A stretch of 64,000 bases of DNA from Podarcis erhardii (Eukaryota). Below, in pieces: positions 11,657 through 23,256 of the stretch; position 1 is the first letter of the stretch, and each line of letters opens with the position of its first letter. Made by a program: the position numbers and the translations under genes. The notes under the pieces were generated by a model. That model was not told where the DNA came from. It did not search any database and was given only the letters and a program-made list of their open reading frames with translations. The DNA lies in the NCBI GenBank assembly GCA_964252035.1, contig OZ176209.1; one strand, given 5' to 3'.

Positions 11657-12125
11657 ATTCATGGGGAACCTCTGGCCCATGGGCCTAATTAGGCTTGACA
11701 TGGGTCTGAATTTGGCCTCGAAACATGGCCACCTGCCCCTCACATGACATCATATATGAGGGGCAGGTTGTCAGTGCACAAACAGGAGCCACAAAGTGCA
11801 TTTCCAATTGAGCACTGGCAAGGGAGGCTTGCTGTCACTGCCAATGAGCTGATTGGTGGTAAGAGCAAGCTAGCTGGGATTGGCTACACTACTAAGTTTC
11901 CCATGGGGAATTCCACAGAGCAGCCAATCACAACAAATAGCAGAACCTGAAGTCATTGTCTATCAGCTGATAGGCACTGCTTTCAATGTTACTGGGATCA
12001 GCTGCACTACTGACTTCCCCATAGGGCACTTCATTGAGCAGCTGCCCTCTGCAGAAAGCAGATCGGCACCAATCAGCTGATTGGTGATTGCTTCTGACTG
12101 TGCTTGGATGGTCTTGGTTTTTACC
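11657..12125. mobile_element. Probable non-autonomous hAT-like element with degenerate internal repeats
   Basis: Starts catggggaacctctggcccatgggcc (Charlie-like terminus); ~118-bp degenerate direct repeats at 11884 and 12002; many CCAAT/ATTGG. Confidence 0.4.
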
Positions 12126-12545
12126 TTGTAGCATGGCTTGCTACACTACAAATAATAAAAAAAAAGAGTTACTGACATCATTGTGGCATCAGGTGACTAA
12201 GAAGTGGGCAAGCCACCAAAACATATACACCTTCTGTTCCTTCTTTTCTTGTTCCTTTGTATATTTTTGCACTGCAAGCCGGTTTAGATACACCTGAGTA
12301 GGTGCAGGTTTCCAGACTGAGGCTAGATAAGCAGCCAACTGTAAATAGTTTTTGTAGTCCTATCATGAGCATAGAGCACACATCTTGCCATCAACTATTG
12401 TTCACTTGATGAATAAACGCAAATCAGAAAGCCAAGTGATTTCCCCCACCATATTCTACATTATCTGAGAGACAGGAAATGATTGGGTGATTTTACGTAC
12501 TTTGCTGTGCTCATTCTCTACAACATTGCAACAACACTCCAGAAT

Positions 12546-12622
12546 AGCCTTCATGAACCATGGCTGAGGCTGATGGGAGTTGTAGTCCAAAACATCTAGA
12601 GGGCAAAAGGTTCATGAAGGCT
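12546..12622. mobile_element. Internally deleted hAT-type MITE
   Basis: 14-bp perfect inverted termini agccttcatgaacc/ggttcatgaaggct around gatgggagttgtagtccaaaacatctagagggc. Confidence 0.65.
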
Positions 12623-14589
12623 GCTATAGACTAAGCACACTGCAGTATGACAAATCTGTGCAAGAGATCAAGGTCCAAAAATTCAGCTTTCAAAAGGAAA
12701 AAAGGATAAAAACCCGAGTACAATACTGATATTGTACAACAAAACTGTATCTAAACCTCGCGTACAAAAAAAGTGATTGTTAATATGTTCACACTTCCTT
12801 CATCAGCCACTCCTTGCCTGCCCTAGCCTCAGAGTTCTGCCTGTAGGTCTCCACTGAGAAACTCAAAATGTGCTTATGGCCTGTGATGGCCGCAAAGATA
12901 CATAATGGCTTTGTATCTATATCACAAAGAGCCAGATAAAACAGAGACACCGAGCGCTTCACTCATTAACATTTGTGTTGCCATGACAGTAAGCTGTTGC
13001 CAGGTAGCAGGGAACTAGGAGAAGAGTGAGAATTAACAAAGCCTAAAAATAAAACTAGCAGCTTAAAAAAAAACAAAAAACCCCCACCACCCATATAGAT
13101 GTCCCTGTATAACAAGAAAAATAATTATTGCCTCCCTCTCCTTTCCCTCCCCACTCTAAAGGAAAGTTTCTGTACTATTGCTCCAGCCATCTATGAAGGA
13201 GAGTCATGGCCCTTCCAAAAATAAATGCCAGTGGGGGAATTGGGAGGAATTTGCAGGAGGGAAAGCAGGGACATTTCACTAGTCTCTCATCTGGTCCTTC
13301 ATGCCTGTGGATGGCCTCTACAGTGCTCCCTGTAGGAGAGGCCTTACAGGTTCATAAAAATTGGCATGTGAAGGTACCCTAAGGATTCTAGTGCAATGTC
13401 CTTAGAGGACTCTGTTACTGGGCTTCTATAAGTCTTCTTGCCTAGCCCTCACAGTAAGTCAGGGTAGAAGAGCAGGGCGAGCTTGTTCCATTGACCCCCA
13501 TTGTGGTAGCTTTCCCTGGACTCGGGGATCGATACAAATCAAGCCACACACATAGTCTGAATTTAAACTATGAGTCCAGGACAGAGGAATGGATAGTAGT
13601 CACTTACACAACACCCAAAAAGTGGTCAAAAGAGGACATATATTTGCATAAACTGGACCCAATACATTTCCCCATAGTTGGGAAGACCTATATGCTTGCT
13701 AAGTCTGCTGTCCTGTGCTAACTGCTGGTGATGAGCAAGTTCAAGGCACAGTATAATCCTTCTAATAGATGACAGTCATTGGTAAAGTAGGACATGTGCC
13801 CTCTCTAAGAAGCGAGGAGCAAGCTCAATCCCTCTTCAGCTCCAAATCCACCACAGAGGAAGTAGTAGTAGTAATAGTTATAGACAAATTGCTTCCTTTC
13901 AACCACCCTTTCTGGCTTTGGGCCTTTGCACAGCTTTTTTTGTTGCCATGGCCTCAAGCCACAGCATTTGGGGGAATTCGGGAAAGAGATAGTTTGCTGT
14001 TCTGACTCCTTGCATCTTGGGAGCAAATGTCAGGGGTCCCTACCATTAGAATCCTTCCCCCACAGTGCTTCCTTATCCACTCTTTCCCATGTCTCATCTA
14101 CAAGAGCTCCATTTGGGGATTAAAGTAGATAGATTACATCACCAAAGAAAATGGCAAGTTAGAAATATTTCTAAATTTGAGAAATCAGGAGATTAACAAG
14201 TCAGGAAAAAACAAACTGGTGCTGGTCAACATTTTTGTAGAAAATCACCATCTAGACACATTTTGAGCAACAACAACACAAGTTCTTCTTCAGGGATATA
14301 ATAATAACAACCAATCTCAATTCTCTAGACATATGGATTCTAACAATAGAACTCTCTAAATTTCTTCTCAGAGCCAAAAAGAAAGAGTGATGGGTAAAAA
14401 TATGAAAATATATATATGTAAAGGAATGGTGTTTGAACAGTTTGCTTTCCAATAAAGATGAGAAGGGTGCAAGTACATTAAGTTAAGCTATCTATTTTAC
14501 ACTATGGAAGTGACTTTGTGGTTAAGTTATGGATGCTGCTAGAGAAATCCCAATAGCTATTACAGAACCAGGAAGCAAAGGCTGAGGTT

Positions 14590-15025
14590 GGGCTACACTA
14601 CACAATTAGGGCCACATCTTTTAAAGCACTATGATACCACTTTTTGTGTTCTTATTTTGTATTTTTATGTTGTAAACTGCCCTGTGATCTTTGGATGAAG
14701 GGCGGTATACAAATTTAATTATAAAATAAAACAACAGTCATGGCTTCCCTCAAAGAACCCTGAAAAATTTAGTTTGTTATGGGTTTCAAAAGTGATTAGG
14801 TAACCCACCCACTCCATTCCCCCCACTGAGCTACAATTCCCAGAGGTCCATTGGAAGAGGGATTGATTGTTAAACTGCTCTGGGAATTGTAGCTCAGTGG
14901 GGGGAATGGGGATCTCCTAACAATGCTCAGCAACTTAACATCTGCAGTTCCAAGGATTCTCTGGGGGAAGCCATGGCAATTAAAGTGGTATAACAGGGCT
15001 TTAAATATATGGTGTGGATGTGACC
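14590..15025. mobile_element. Palindromic MITE (Harbinger-like) with an L2/SINE-tail insertion at ~14643-14732
   Basis: Inverted arms (ttaaagcactatgataccact / agtggtataacagggctttaa; catggcttccctcaaagaa / ttctctgggggaagccatg) and an inner perfect 32-bp stem. Superfamily is tentative. Confidence 0.7.
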
Positions 15026-16992
15026 TACAAGGCACTTAAGTGTTCTTTTGGATATCTAGGAGGAAAAAATGATTATTGGATTTACTTACTTATTTACTCA
15101 CAACATTTCTTATTCTGCTATTTAGCCTGGAGGACTCCCAGAGCAGCTTACAAAAATCAGTAGTAAGGCAGTCCTTGCTCACAGACTCACAGTCTAAAAT
15201 ATATGGCACTTTGGAGCAGCTGAGTGGAGCTAATTCCCAAAGAAAGAAGAGGGGCCTGCATTCAGTGTAGAATTTAAATTCAGTGCCTAATGCAAACCCC
15301 ACTGGGATTTGCAACAATGTTTGCATTCTTTAGGGATCTTCTCCAGTCAGAACCTCTGACTCGAAGTTCCCAAAGGGAAACAATCTCAATGCGGGTTGCA
15401 GTTGACACCAAATTTGAGCAGTACCAAATGCAAGTCCAGCTGCCACACAGCAGTCAGAAGCCCATGGCCAAGAGTATGCTCCCAATTGTTCCTTTGCGAT
15501 GGGGTTTGCATATGATGCAAATTGAATTCAGCACCTAATGCAAGCCCTACTGCATTTACCTGATGTCAAACAATGTCAGCTGATAACAGGTGGGCAAGCT
15601 CATCCACCTGTCAAAGGTGGCCTACAGAGGGATGGCCACTTTGAGATCTAGTAGATCAGACCAAACTGGTTCTCCATTTCTGTTCTGGTGACATTTGAGA
15701 AGACTCAAAAACAGTCAGTCTCAATCAGTTTAAATCTAGTACAAGTTTGAATTTTCTAAAGTATATTCAGATTACCGTTTTGGAATTCTGTGATTTCCTA
15801 TATTTGCATACTAAATTGGAAGAAAGACTCAATGACAACACGTTGGTCCATTCGGGCTGTTAGTTTACTTCTTTCCCTATCAATCTTAGGTATTTAAGAT
15901 ATCCTGAGTAGTTTGCTTCTCTTGAAGAGGGGGAAATGTTATTTCAGTGAGTACCACATGGTGAGGCCAAAGCTGAACAACATTGTGACTTCCGTATATT
16001 TAGGGTTTGCAAGCTTATTGAGGGGATGTTTGTGTCCTAAGAGAAGGCAATATTAATAGGGCCCAATCCCTGTGATCAAGGCTCTGTTTCATGATGCTTC
16101 ATTATGATAACTACTCTGAGGGCTCTTGTGGCTGAAAAATGGCCTATAAATAAACTGACTGCATATTTGCTTCTGTAAACTTTATATATGATGTAAACAG
16201 AAGTCGGGAGTGTATGACAAATGAGCTTTTCTCGAAGAGTATAAACTCTTAACAATGATATGAAATGGCCACTGCCCTAGCTTTTTGTTGTTTCCTTAGT
16301 GTTCCTCAGGACAGCTTCCTCCATATAACCATTTGTGGAATGCTTTGGTTCCTACCATCAGTCAATGTAATTACGCCTAAGAACACATATTACTCCTTCT
16401 CAGAGCCCTCCCCGGAATGTTCCCCTTTCAACCAGCCTTCCTGGGGAGAAAATAGAAAACAACTAATCTTTTCTGTCACCTTTCAGCATCCTTTCAAAGA
16501 GCCTAGCTTTCAAAGAGGGCTGGATGTGACCCTCTGCAGAGGCTGAGCCTTCAAATCCTTTGCTTCCACTCCCTAGACACTTGTGGCTAATGGATTTCCA
16601 TGAACTGTTACCTCACAGATGTCTGGGAATGAACTGAGAGAAGAAATATATCCATAGGTGCAAGGGGTCTCACATGGTGTTGCTTTCTGTTCTGTGTTTA
16701 GATTTCATGTTTCAGCTCTGCTTAAATTCAACCTGACCTTTTCCTCAATTATGTTCTGAAAGAAATATTTCTGAACTGTTCTCTGTCTCTGGCCTGCAGC
16801 TGGTATTCAGCCCTTGGCCACTCTGCATGCAGCCCACCAAGCAGTGGGGGGGGGGGGTTCACCCATTTCATATCAGACAGTTGGCCCTTTAAGAGCTTTT
16901 AGTTATCCAAATGGGAGACGTGGATTGGAGGCAGAGCCTCAGAAGGTCTTGGTTCACTTCCAATCCTTGTTGGAGCGAGTTACTCAGTAGGA

Positions 16993-17623
16993 CAGCTGTG
17001 GGGAACCTTTGGCCCTCCAGATGTTGCTAAACTACAGGTGACTGACCTACAGAGCAACTACACATTGCTGAATGTGTATAGAGGAGTGCAACCAAGGTGA
17101 TCAAGGGTGTGGAAACCAAGCCTTATGAGGAATGGTTGAGGGAGTTGGGTATGTTTAGCCTGAAAGAAAAGTGACTGAGAGGAGATATGATAGCCATCTT
17201 CAAATATCTCAAGGACTGTCACATGGAAGAGGGAACAAGCTTGTTTTCTCCTGCTCTGGAGGGTAGGAATCAAACCAATTGCTTCAAGTTACAAGAAAGG
17301 AGATTCCAACTAGACATCAGAAAGAACTTTCTGAAATTAAGAGATGTTCAACAGTGGAACAGTCTTCCTTGAGAGGTTGTGGATTCTCCTTCATTGGAGG
17401 ATTTTCTGCAGAGGTTGGACGGCCATCTGTCATGGATGCTTTAGCAGGGATCCCTGCATTGCAGGGGGTTGGACTAGAGGACCCTCTGTGTCTCTTCCAA
17501 CTTTACAGTTCCATGATTCTAGGATTCTAACTCCCATCAGCCCAATCAAGCATGTTCAATGGCCAGGGATGATGGGAGTTGTAATTCTGTGACATCTGGC
17601 AGAGCAAAGTTTCCCCACGCTTG
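16993..17623. mobile_element. hAT (Charlie-like) MITE interrupted by a CR1 fragment
   Basis: Left half 16993-17036 and right half 17529-17623; termini cagctgtggggaac / tttccccacgcttg; 8-bp TSD cagtagga (16985-16992) / cactagga (17624-17631). Confidence 0.82.
17037..17528 (+). mobile_element. 5'-truncated older CR1 (ORF2 C-terminus + 3'UTR)
   Basis: Encodes [25 protein letters not shown]...MIAIFKYLKDCHMEEG...RRFQLDIRKNFL...WNSLP*EVVDSPSL with stops; ends catgattctaggattct. Confidence 0.92.
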
Positions 17624-19780
17624 CACTAGGAGCTCCTCATGGTGCTGTGACCTTCCTTTCTGCCTTGTTCTGGCCACTCCTCTGAGGTATCAGAATTGTG
17701 TGAGAGAAAGAATGGAAAAGAATGTGTGTTTAAGTGTGAGAGGAAATAACAAGGGGGATCACCACGTGTTCTGTTCCCCCTTAAACACATGTGGTCCAAC
17801 TGCCCACATGTGGTTCTTGTGCCAAAAATGTTGCTCTCATACTGAATATATCCACAGAGTTAAGCCCTCTCTGAGGCATTTCATGGGCAGCTATGGAAGA
17901 TATAAACTATAGAAAGACTAATGTTATGATAAGATCTTAATGCATGCCCCGATGAAATGGAAACACCATTCTTGTGCCCAAAGATGTCTATATCCTTATA
18001 ACACCAGTTCAGTGATACTGAAGCTCTGTCCAAGGGATCTTTTCTGCAAAATAGATTGAGGCAGGTTGTATCAAAAAGACACTAGTTAGATGTGGGTGTG
18101 GGAGTAAAATTAAATTGAAGATTACTAAAGAAAACAACACTCCACCAGAACTGCTTATGCCTGCTGACTTGAGGAACAACTTTAAAAAGTAGAGCCTTTC
18201 CTTTAACTCACCTCCCACTTTGGCATTTATCACTCTCTGGCATTATCCTGATCTGCCACAGAAAGCTTCTTTATTTATTTATTATACCTCACTTTTCAAT
18301 CTAATAAATCTCAAGATGGCTTACAAACAATAGGCAATAATTCAGCTCCCCAACCCATCATGCTCTGTCTCTCTCACACACAACCCTGCAATTCTAAGTC
18401 CACTGGATGAGGGTTATGGTAAGAGTGTGCTATCTTTCTGCTCTACAATCCAACTAGAAGTTCAAGCAGACTGCTCTTTATGCCAGGGAGGGGAGAAACA
18501 AAGCCTTTGCAACTGCTCCTTCTCTGGCCAATGGAGGAGGGCAGGCTGCCATAAAGGTGTTGCTTCCCCCCTCCCCCCAGAAGGCAGGGGGTGCAATGTC
18601 TCCATGGCCCTTGCTCCCCTGGCTGGTGGCAGAGGCCAGAGTATGCTTCCTTTCTGCTCTTGAACCCCAGGACAGCTAGAACCAACTGTTTTTCTCTGCC
18701 AGGAATGGAGAGGGCAAACACCTTGCAGCTGCTCATTATCTGACCAACGGTTGGAGCCAAGCTGGCCTTCTACTTGCCATTATGTTTTCCCTGGAAGGAG
18801 TGGGAAGCAACCTCCCAGTGGCCCTTGGTGCCCTTGCTGGTAGCAGAGGACAGAGTGTGTTTCATAAGTATCGGACAAGAGTACTTTAAACAATAATAGT
18901 TAAATCAAACAAAACTTAGAATAGCTACCATTTCTGATTTCAGTCTGGAGTCTGATTTTTGTCTTTCTGCAGGCAGAAGGCAGCGGGTGGCATTTTCGAA
19001 TAACAAGGATCGCCTTAAAAGAAGCCATGGTCTCAAAACACTAAAAATACCTGATGTTCCTTTTCTCCTTGCTGGATCCCCTTGGGAAATAGAAATATCC
19101 ATCTAGTAGATGGTTTCCAGAGATACAATGTTTGCTGAAGTTTGAAGAGGGTTATTTTAGACTGCACTTTCCAAATTGTATTTCTAAAACATAATTAGGG
19201 CCTCTTTAGCTTCAGCCAAATAACTGCATATATGGTGGTGCCAGTTAGCAACTCCCATAAAGATGTGCAAAAAGTAAAATGGAATGCCTTTATAAAGACA
19301 TTCTGTTCTTTGTGCCATACATGAGACTCCCATTTGTCTTCATAAAATATGACTAGTTAGAAGGAAATGAGTCCTCTGAATGAGTTTCCTGTTGCAAATT
19401 ATTCTGCACTACCGAGACAGAAGGATCGGGGCATGGGATGATAACAGAAAAATTTAAAATATAAACATACAACTCACAGGGCTTGTACACATGGTCATTA
19501 CAGCCACTGATTCCGCCCCCTGCCCCCCCCCCCAGTCTTCTCCTTACCCTTCGCTACCCTTCCAGTCCTTTTGGCTGCCTCCCCACCCCCACCAGCTGTA
19601 ACAAACAGGATCTAATTTGTACCATAATAATAGGGTGTAGTGGAAACTGCAGAAGAAGCAGGAGCAGCCACTGCTCATCTTCAAATTCAGTGACAAATGA
19701 AGGGGGAGATTCTGGGTTGCACGCTTGCACCCCTATGCAGATATTACTACAAGTGCCTGAATTAGGTATCATATTTTGTA

Positions 19781-19876
19781 GCAAAGTTCTTAACCCAAGG
19801 TAATATTTCTGAGTTAGCGGAGTCTGTAACCTGAAGCGTATGTAACCTGAAGCATATGTAACCCGAGGTACCACTG
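19781..19876. mobile_element. Single end of a Tc1/mariner (Tigger-like) element
   Basis: Ends ...aacccgaggtaccactg|TA (TIR CAGTGGTACCTCGG + TA); 16-bp subterminal repeats tgtaacctgaagcgta/tgtaacctgaagcata. Confidence 0.78.
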
Positions 19877-21164
19877 TATACATTTTCTGGGGTAGAGCTT
19901 CCACACAACTCTACCATGTATAAACCATCAGTGCAGGTGTGTCAGTCAAATATGGCCATTTGCTTTCCAATAAGAATCCTACCAGATGAGACCGAAGGCC
20001 TATATTGTACCGCATAACAGGTCAGATGCTTTCTGGAGGCCCAGAAGCAGGGAGCAAAGGCAGTGAACGTCCCCATTGTCTATCTCCTACTGACTGACAT
20101 TCAAAGGTGCACTTCCTCTGCATAAGGAGCTTCTACCAGGATCAGATATTCCCCTGGAAATATAGGGCTGATGAAGAAACTTCACAGAAAGAGGCAAATA
20201 CTTGGTATCACCTGGAATAAAGTCGCTACCAAATTTTATTAAAGGCAGCTTTCCCCAATCTGGTGCTTCAATGTTTTATTCTACTCCCTTTATTTATTGG
20301 ATTTTTTCACCTGTTCTTCACCGGAGGGTCCCAGGGTGGGTTAAAACACTATGACCACAATGACAAGATTTCAAGGAGAAAAAACTGGCTGAACACAATT
20401 TGGTGAGGCAACCCTCAGCCAATATAAGGACAAAGAAATCAGTGAGGCAAAATTCTATCAGCAAATGAAATAAGTCTTTCCAAAATATCCTTTATGTTTA
20501 CCAGGCATAAGTCTAAGTCATACATGAATGCATCCACAATGATCTTCTATTTTACCAGCCTCCATCAAGTGGATGACACTTCTAATCCTTTTCATTTATT
20601 TTAGCATCTTGTACCTTTTTACAAGTAAGTGGGAGACAGGATCAAAGCAATTCCTCAAACAGCCTCCAAGTGTCTCTTTCCATTTAACTGTGGCCTGGCT
20701 TCAGTTACGCATCATTTTCTTTGAAGACAATAATGCTACTCTCACAGCCAATAGAAGATTTGAATTTCTAATACTGCCTGCCATTTTTCTTTGAATAAAA
20801 CTTAGTTACCTGCATCTTTCGAATACATTTTTTCTGGAGTAGCGCTATTCAGCAATGCAAGTGACTTGAGAATTGCCACCATTTTAAACCAGTATTTTCT
20901 CTTGTATACAGTTAGGCATAAAGGCCATAATCCAAAACAGTAGTTTACAGAAACATGGTATAGAACAAGGGCTTTCTTTATAGTTTGTACTAATTTAACA
21001 GCTCCCAAAGCCAATGAGAAAATATACATTTATAGCAGGTCAGCAACTTCCAAAACTGAACAATTGATTGTGAGAGCTGTGTTAAACTTAAGAACTACCA
21101 TAGCTTTATGAGGAAAAAGAGCTTAAAATGTTGTTTTTGTACACCCTACATCAAGGATGGAAAA

Positions 21165-21285
21165 GCTGGGGCTCTCCTGATGTTGCTGGACTCCTCACTC
21201 TGATCCGTACCAGTCAGCACAGCTAATGGTCAGAGATAATGGCAGACATAGTCCAGCAATATCAGCCTCACATGGTAAATCCCAT
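21165..21285. mobile_element. Degraded hAT-type MITE (same family as 16993)
   Basis: ctcctgatgttgctggactcctcactc...atggtcagagataatggcagacatagtccagcaatatc. Confidence 0.5.
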
Positions 21286-21715
21286 TTGTAAAGAGGGGGA
21301 CCTAAAAGTGTATTCATACCACATATGTTTACACATTTTCAAGGGGCTTGTGAAGATCACAAGTATTCATTGTTTGTGGGTCCTCCATTCATTCTACTGA
21401 CATGTAGTTTATAGCTGCTGACATATTTGATTTAAACCATATGTAGTATAGTTACATCTTCAAGTGGAGAGTGTGGTTGCCTTGAAATTCATAGAGATAC
21501 AAGTTCAGAGTTCCTTAGTTCGGACTCAATGACATAAAACCAAGTATGAAACTGGGATGAATTGGCAGTGTGAGTATGTCCTGAGGCTGACAGGAGTTAT
21601 TGCCCAAGAGATCTTTAGACCTTTTGGGAATTACATGCCCCAAATGCCTTGCTTGGGAGCCACTGATAGATAAACAGGTTTGAAATTGATTTAAATGAGT
21701 TGCAATGAAAGACAG

Positions 21716-21800
21716 GGCTTGCCCAAGGCCACCCAGTGGGCTGATGATGGAGCAGGACTTTGAAACCCTCTCCAAATCTAAGATCTGGATAACATTCACT
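21716..21800 (-). mobile_element. Squam3/MIR-like SINE fragment
   Basis: gcccaaggccacccagtggg...ggactttgaaccc-like core. Confidence 0.5.
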
Positions 21801-23046
21801 CTCAGTGCAAGCTTGCAGCTTCAACAAAAGGCATATCATGCTGGAAGAAGCATCTTCAAAGTGAAATCTTTTTGCTTTTGCCACTTTGCGTAGCAATGGA
21901 TAGACTGCAATTCTTTGCTGTGTAATGAGAGTTTTCTGGACCTTCCACATATCTCCACAACACAGTCCTGCAGCCAGCATATTAAATCCTACACTGCTTG
22001 TGGCTGATACAAACTATTAAAAGCGACAAGCTGGGATACTGTGTACTATCAATTGCAAAGGAAGCATTTCTCCTGCTAGTACCCCTGTTATAAAGGCATG
22101 TTTGGGTGTAAAATCAGTAATGGGTTTATAAATTTCACATAAAGACAAGGACTGTTTCCACCAAGGAATGCCTAATTCTGAAAATGCATTACATAAAAAG
22201 AGCTGCTGGTACAGAGAGCAGGTTTCCAGGGTGAAACTGATCTTGGCAAGACAAGTAGAGCATTACAAACCAGGCAATTAAAGTTTGAGTCCCACCGGAA
22301 GGGAGTGTCAATTGAAACCTGAATCTCCAGAACAGATTTCTCTGCAACTCATAGGGAAGGTAAGAAAAGAGAAATTATGCTTCTCTCACAGGGTGCCAGA
22401 CCTCAAAAAGAAGGCTAAATGTGAGACTTCTTCCAGCCTTTGAAAATAAGAAGAGCCCTGTTTACATCAAAGCAAAGCTCTACCTATTCCAGGATCGTTT
22501 TCCCCAAAGTGGACATTCAGCTGCCTCTGGGAAGCCCCGAAGCAAGTTATGAGAGCAATAGCTTTCTCCGAGACTAATATTCAGATGCATGCCGCCTATG
22601 ATCCTGGAGGTGGTATATAGCCATCATTACTAGTAGTAATTGGGCGGTGATTCATACACTGGTAACCTCAAGACATTATTATTGTGATGTGCTCTGTGTG
22701 GGACTCCCCTTGATTTGAACTCTCCAGATGGTGCAAAATGCTGCAGGTTGACTGTTGATGGGGACAGACTGCTGCCAGCAGATAGCTCCGGTTTTCAAAA
22801 GCTTGCACTGGCTGCCCATACATTTTTAGTTGAGGCCAGACAGGAACCCTTCCTGCTGAACTTCTGGCAACTTCTTCCAATAGGCATTTTCACTGAATTC
22901 TGATTTTTTAACTGAGTTTTATTTTCCTTCTGAACGTAACTGAGTGTTACGTTCCTTCTACACCGTTTAGACACTATTGTAATTGGTGTATGAACTGTCT
23001 ATATATTAAAAATAGCCTTATCCTTCATGGGGTTGCTTAATCCCAT

Positions 23047-23256
23047 TTTATTTATTCATTACATTTATATACCACTTTTATCTTCCAAGGGGGTATACAT
23101 GGTTCTCCTCCTCCCCATTTCAACCTCACAACAACCCTGTGAGGTAGATTAGGCTCAGAGATGGCTACTGACCCAAGGTCACCCAGTGAGCTTCATGGCT
23201 GAGTAGGGATTTGAAACATGGTCTCTCAGATCCTAGTCAAACACTCTAACCATTAT
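23047..23256 (-). mobile_element. Squam3-type tRNA-derived SINE
   Basis: cctcacaacaaccctgtgaggtag...cccaaggtcacccagtgagcttcatggctgag..ggatttgaa..ctagtcaaacactctaacca; AT-rich tail. Confidence 0.8.
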
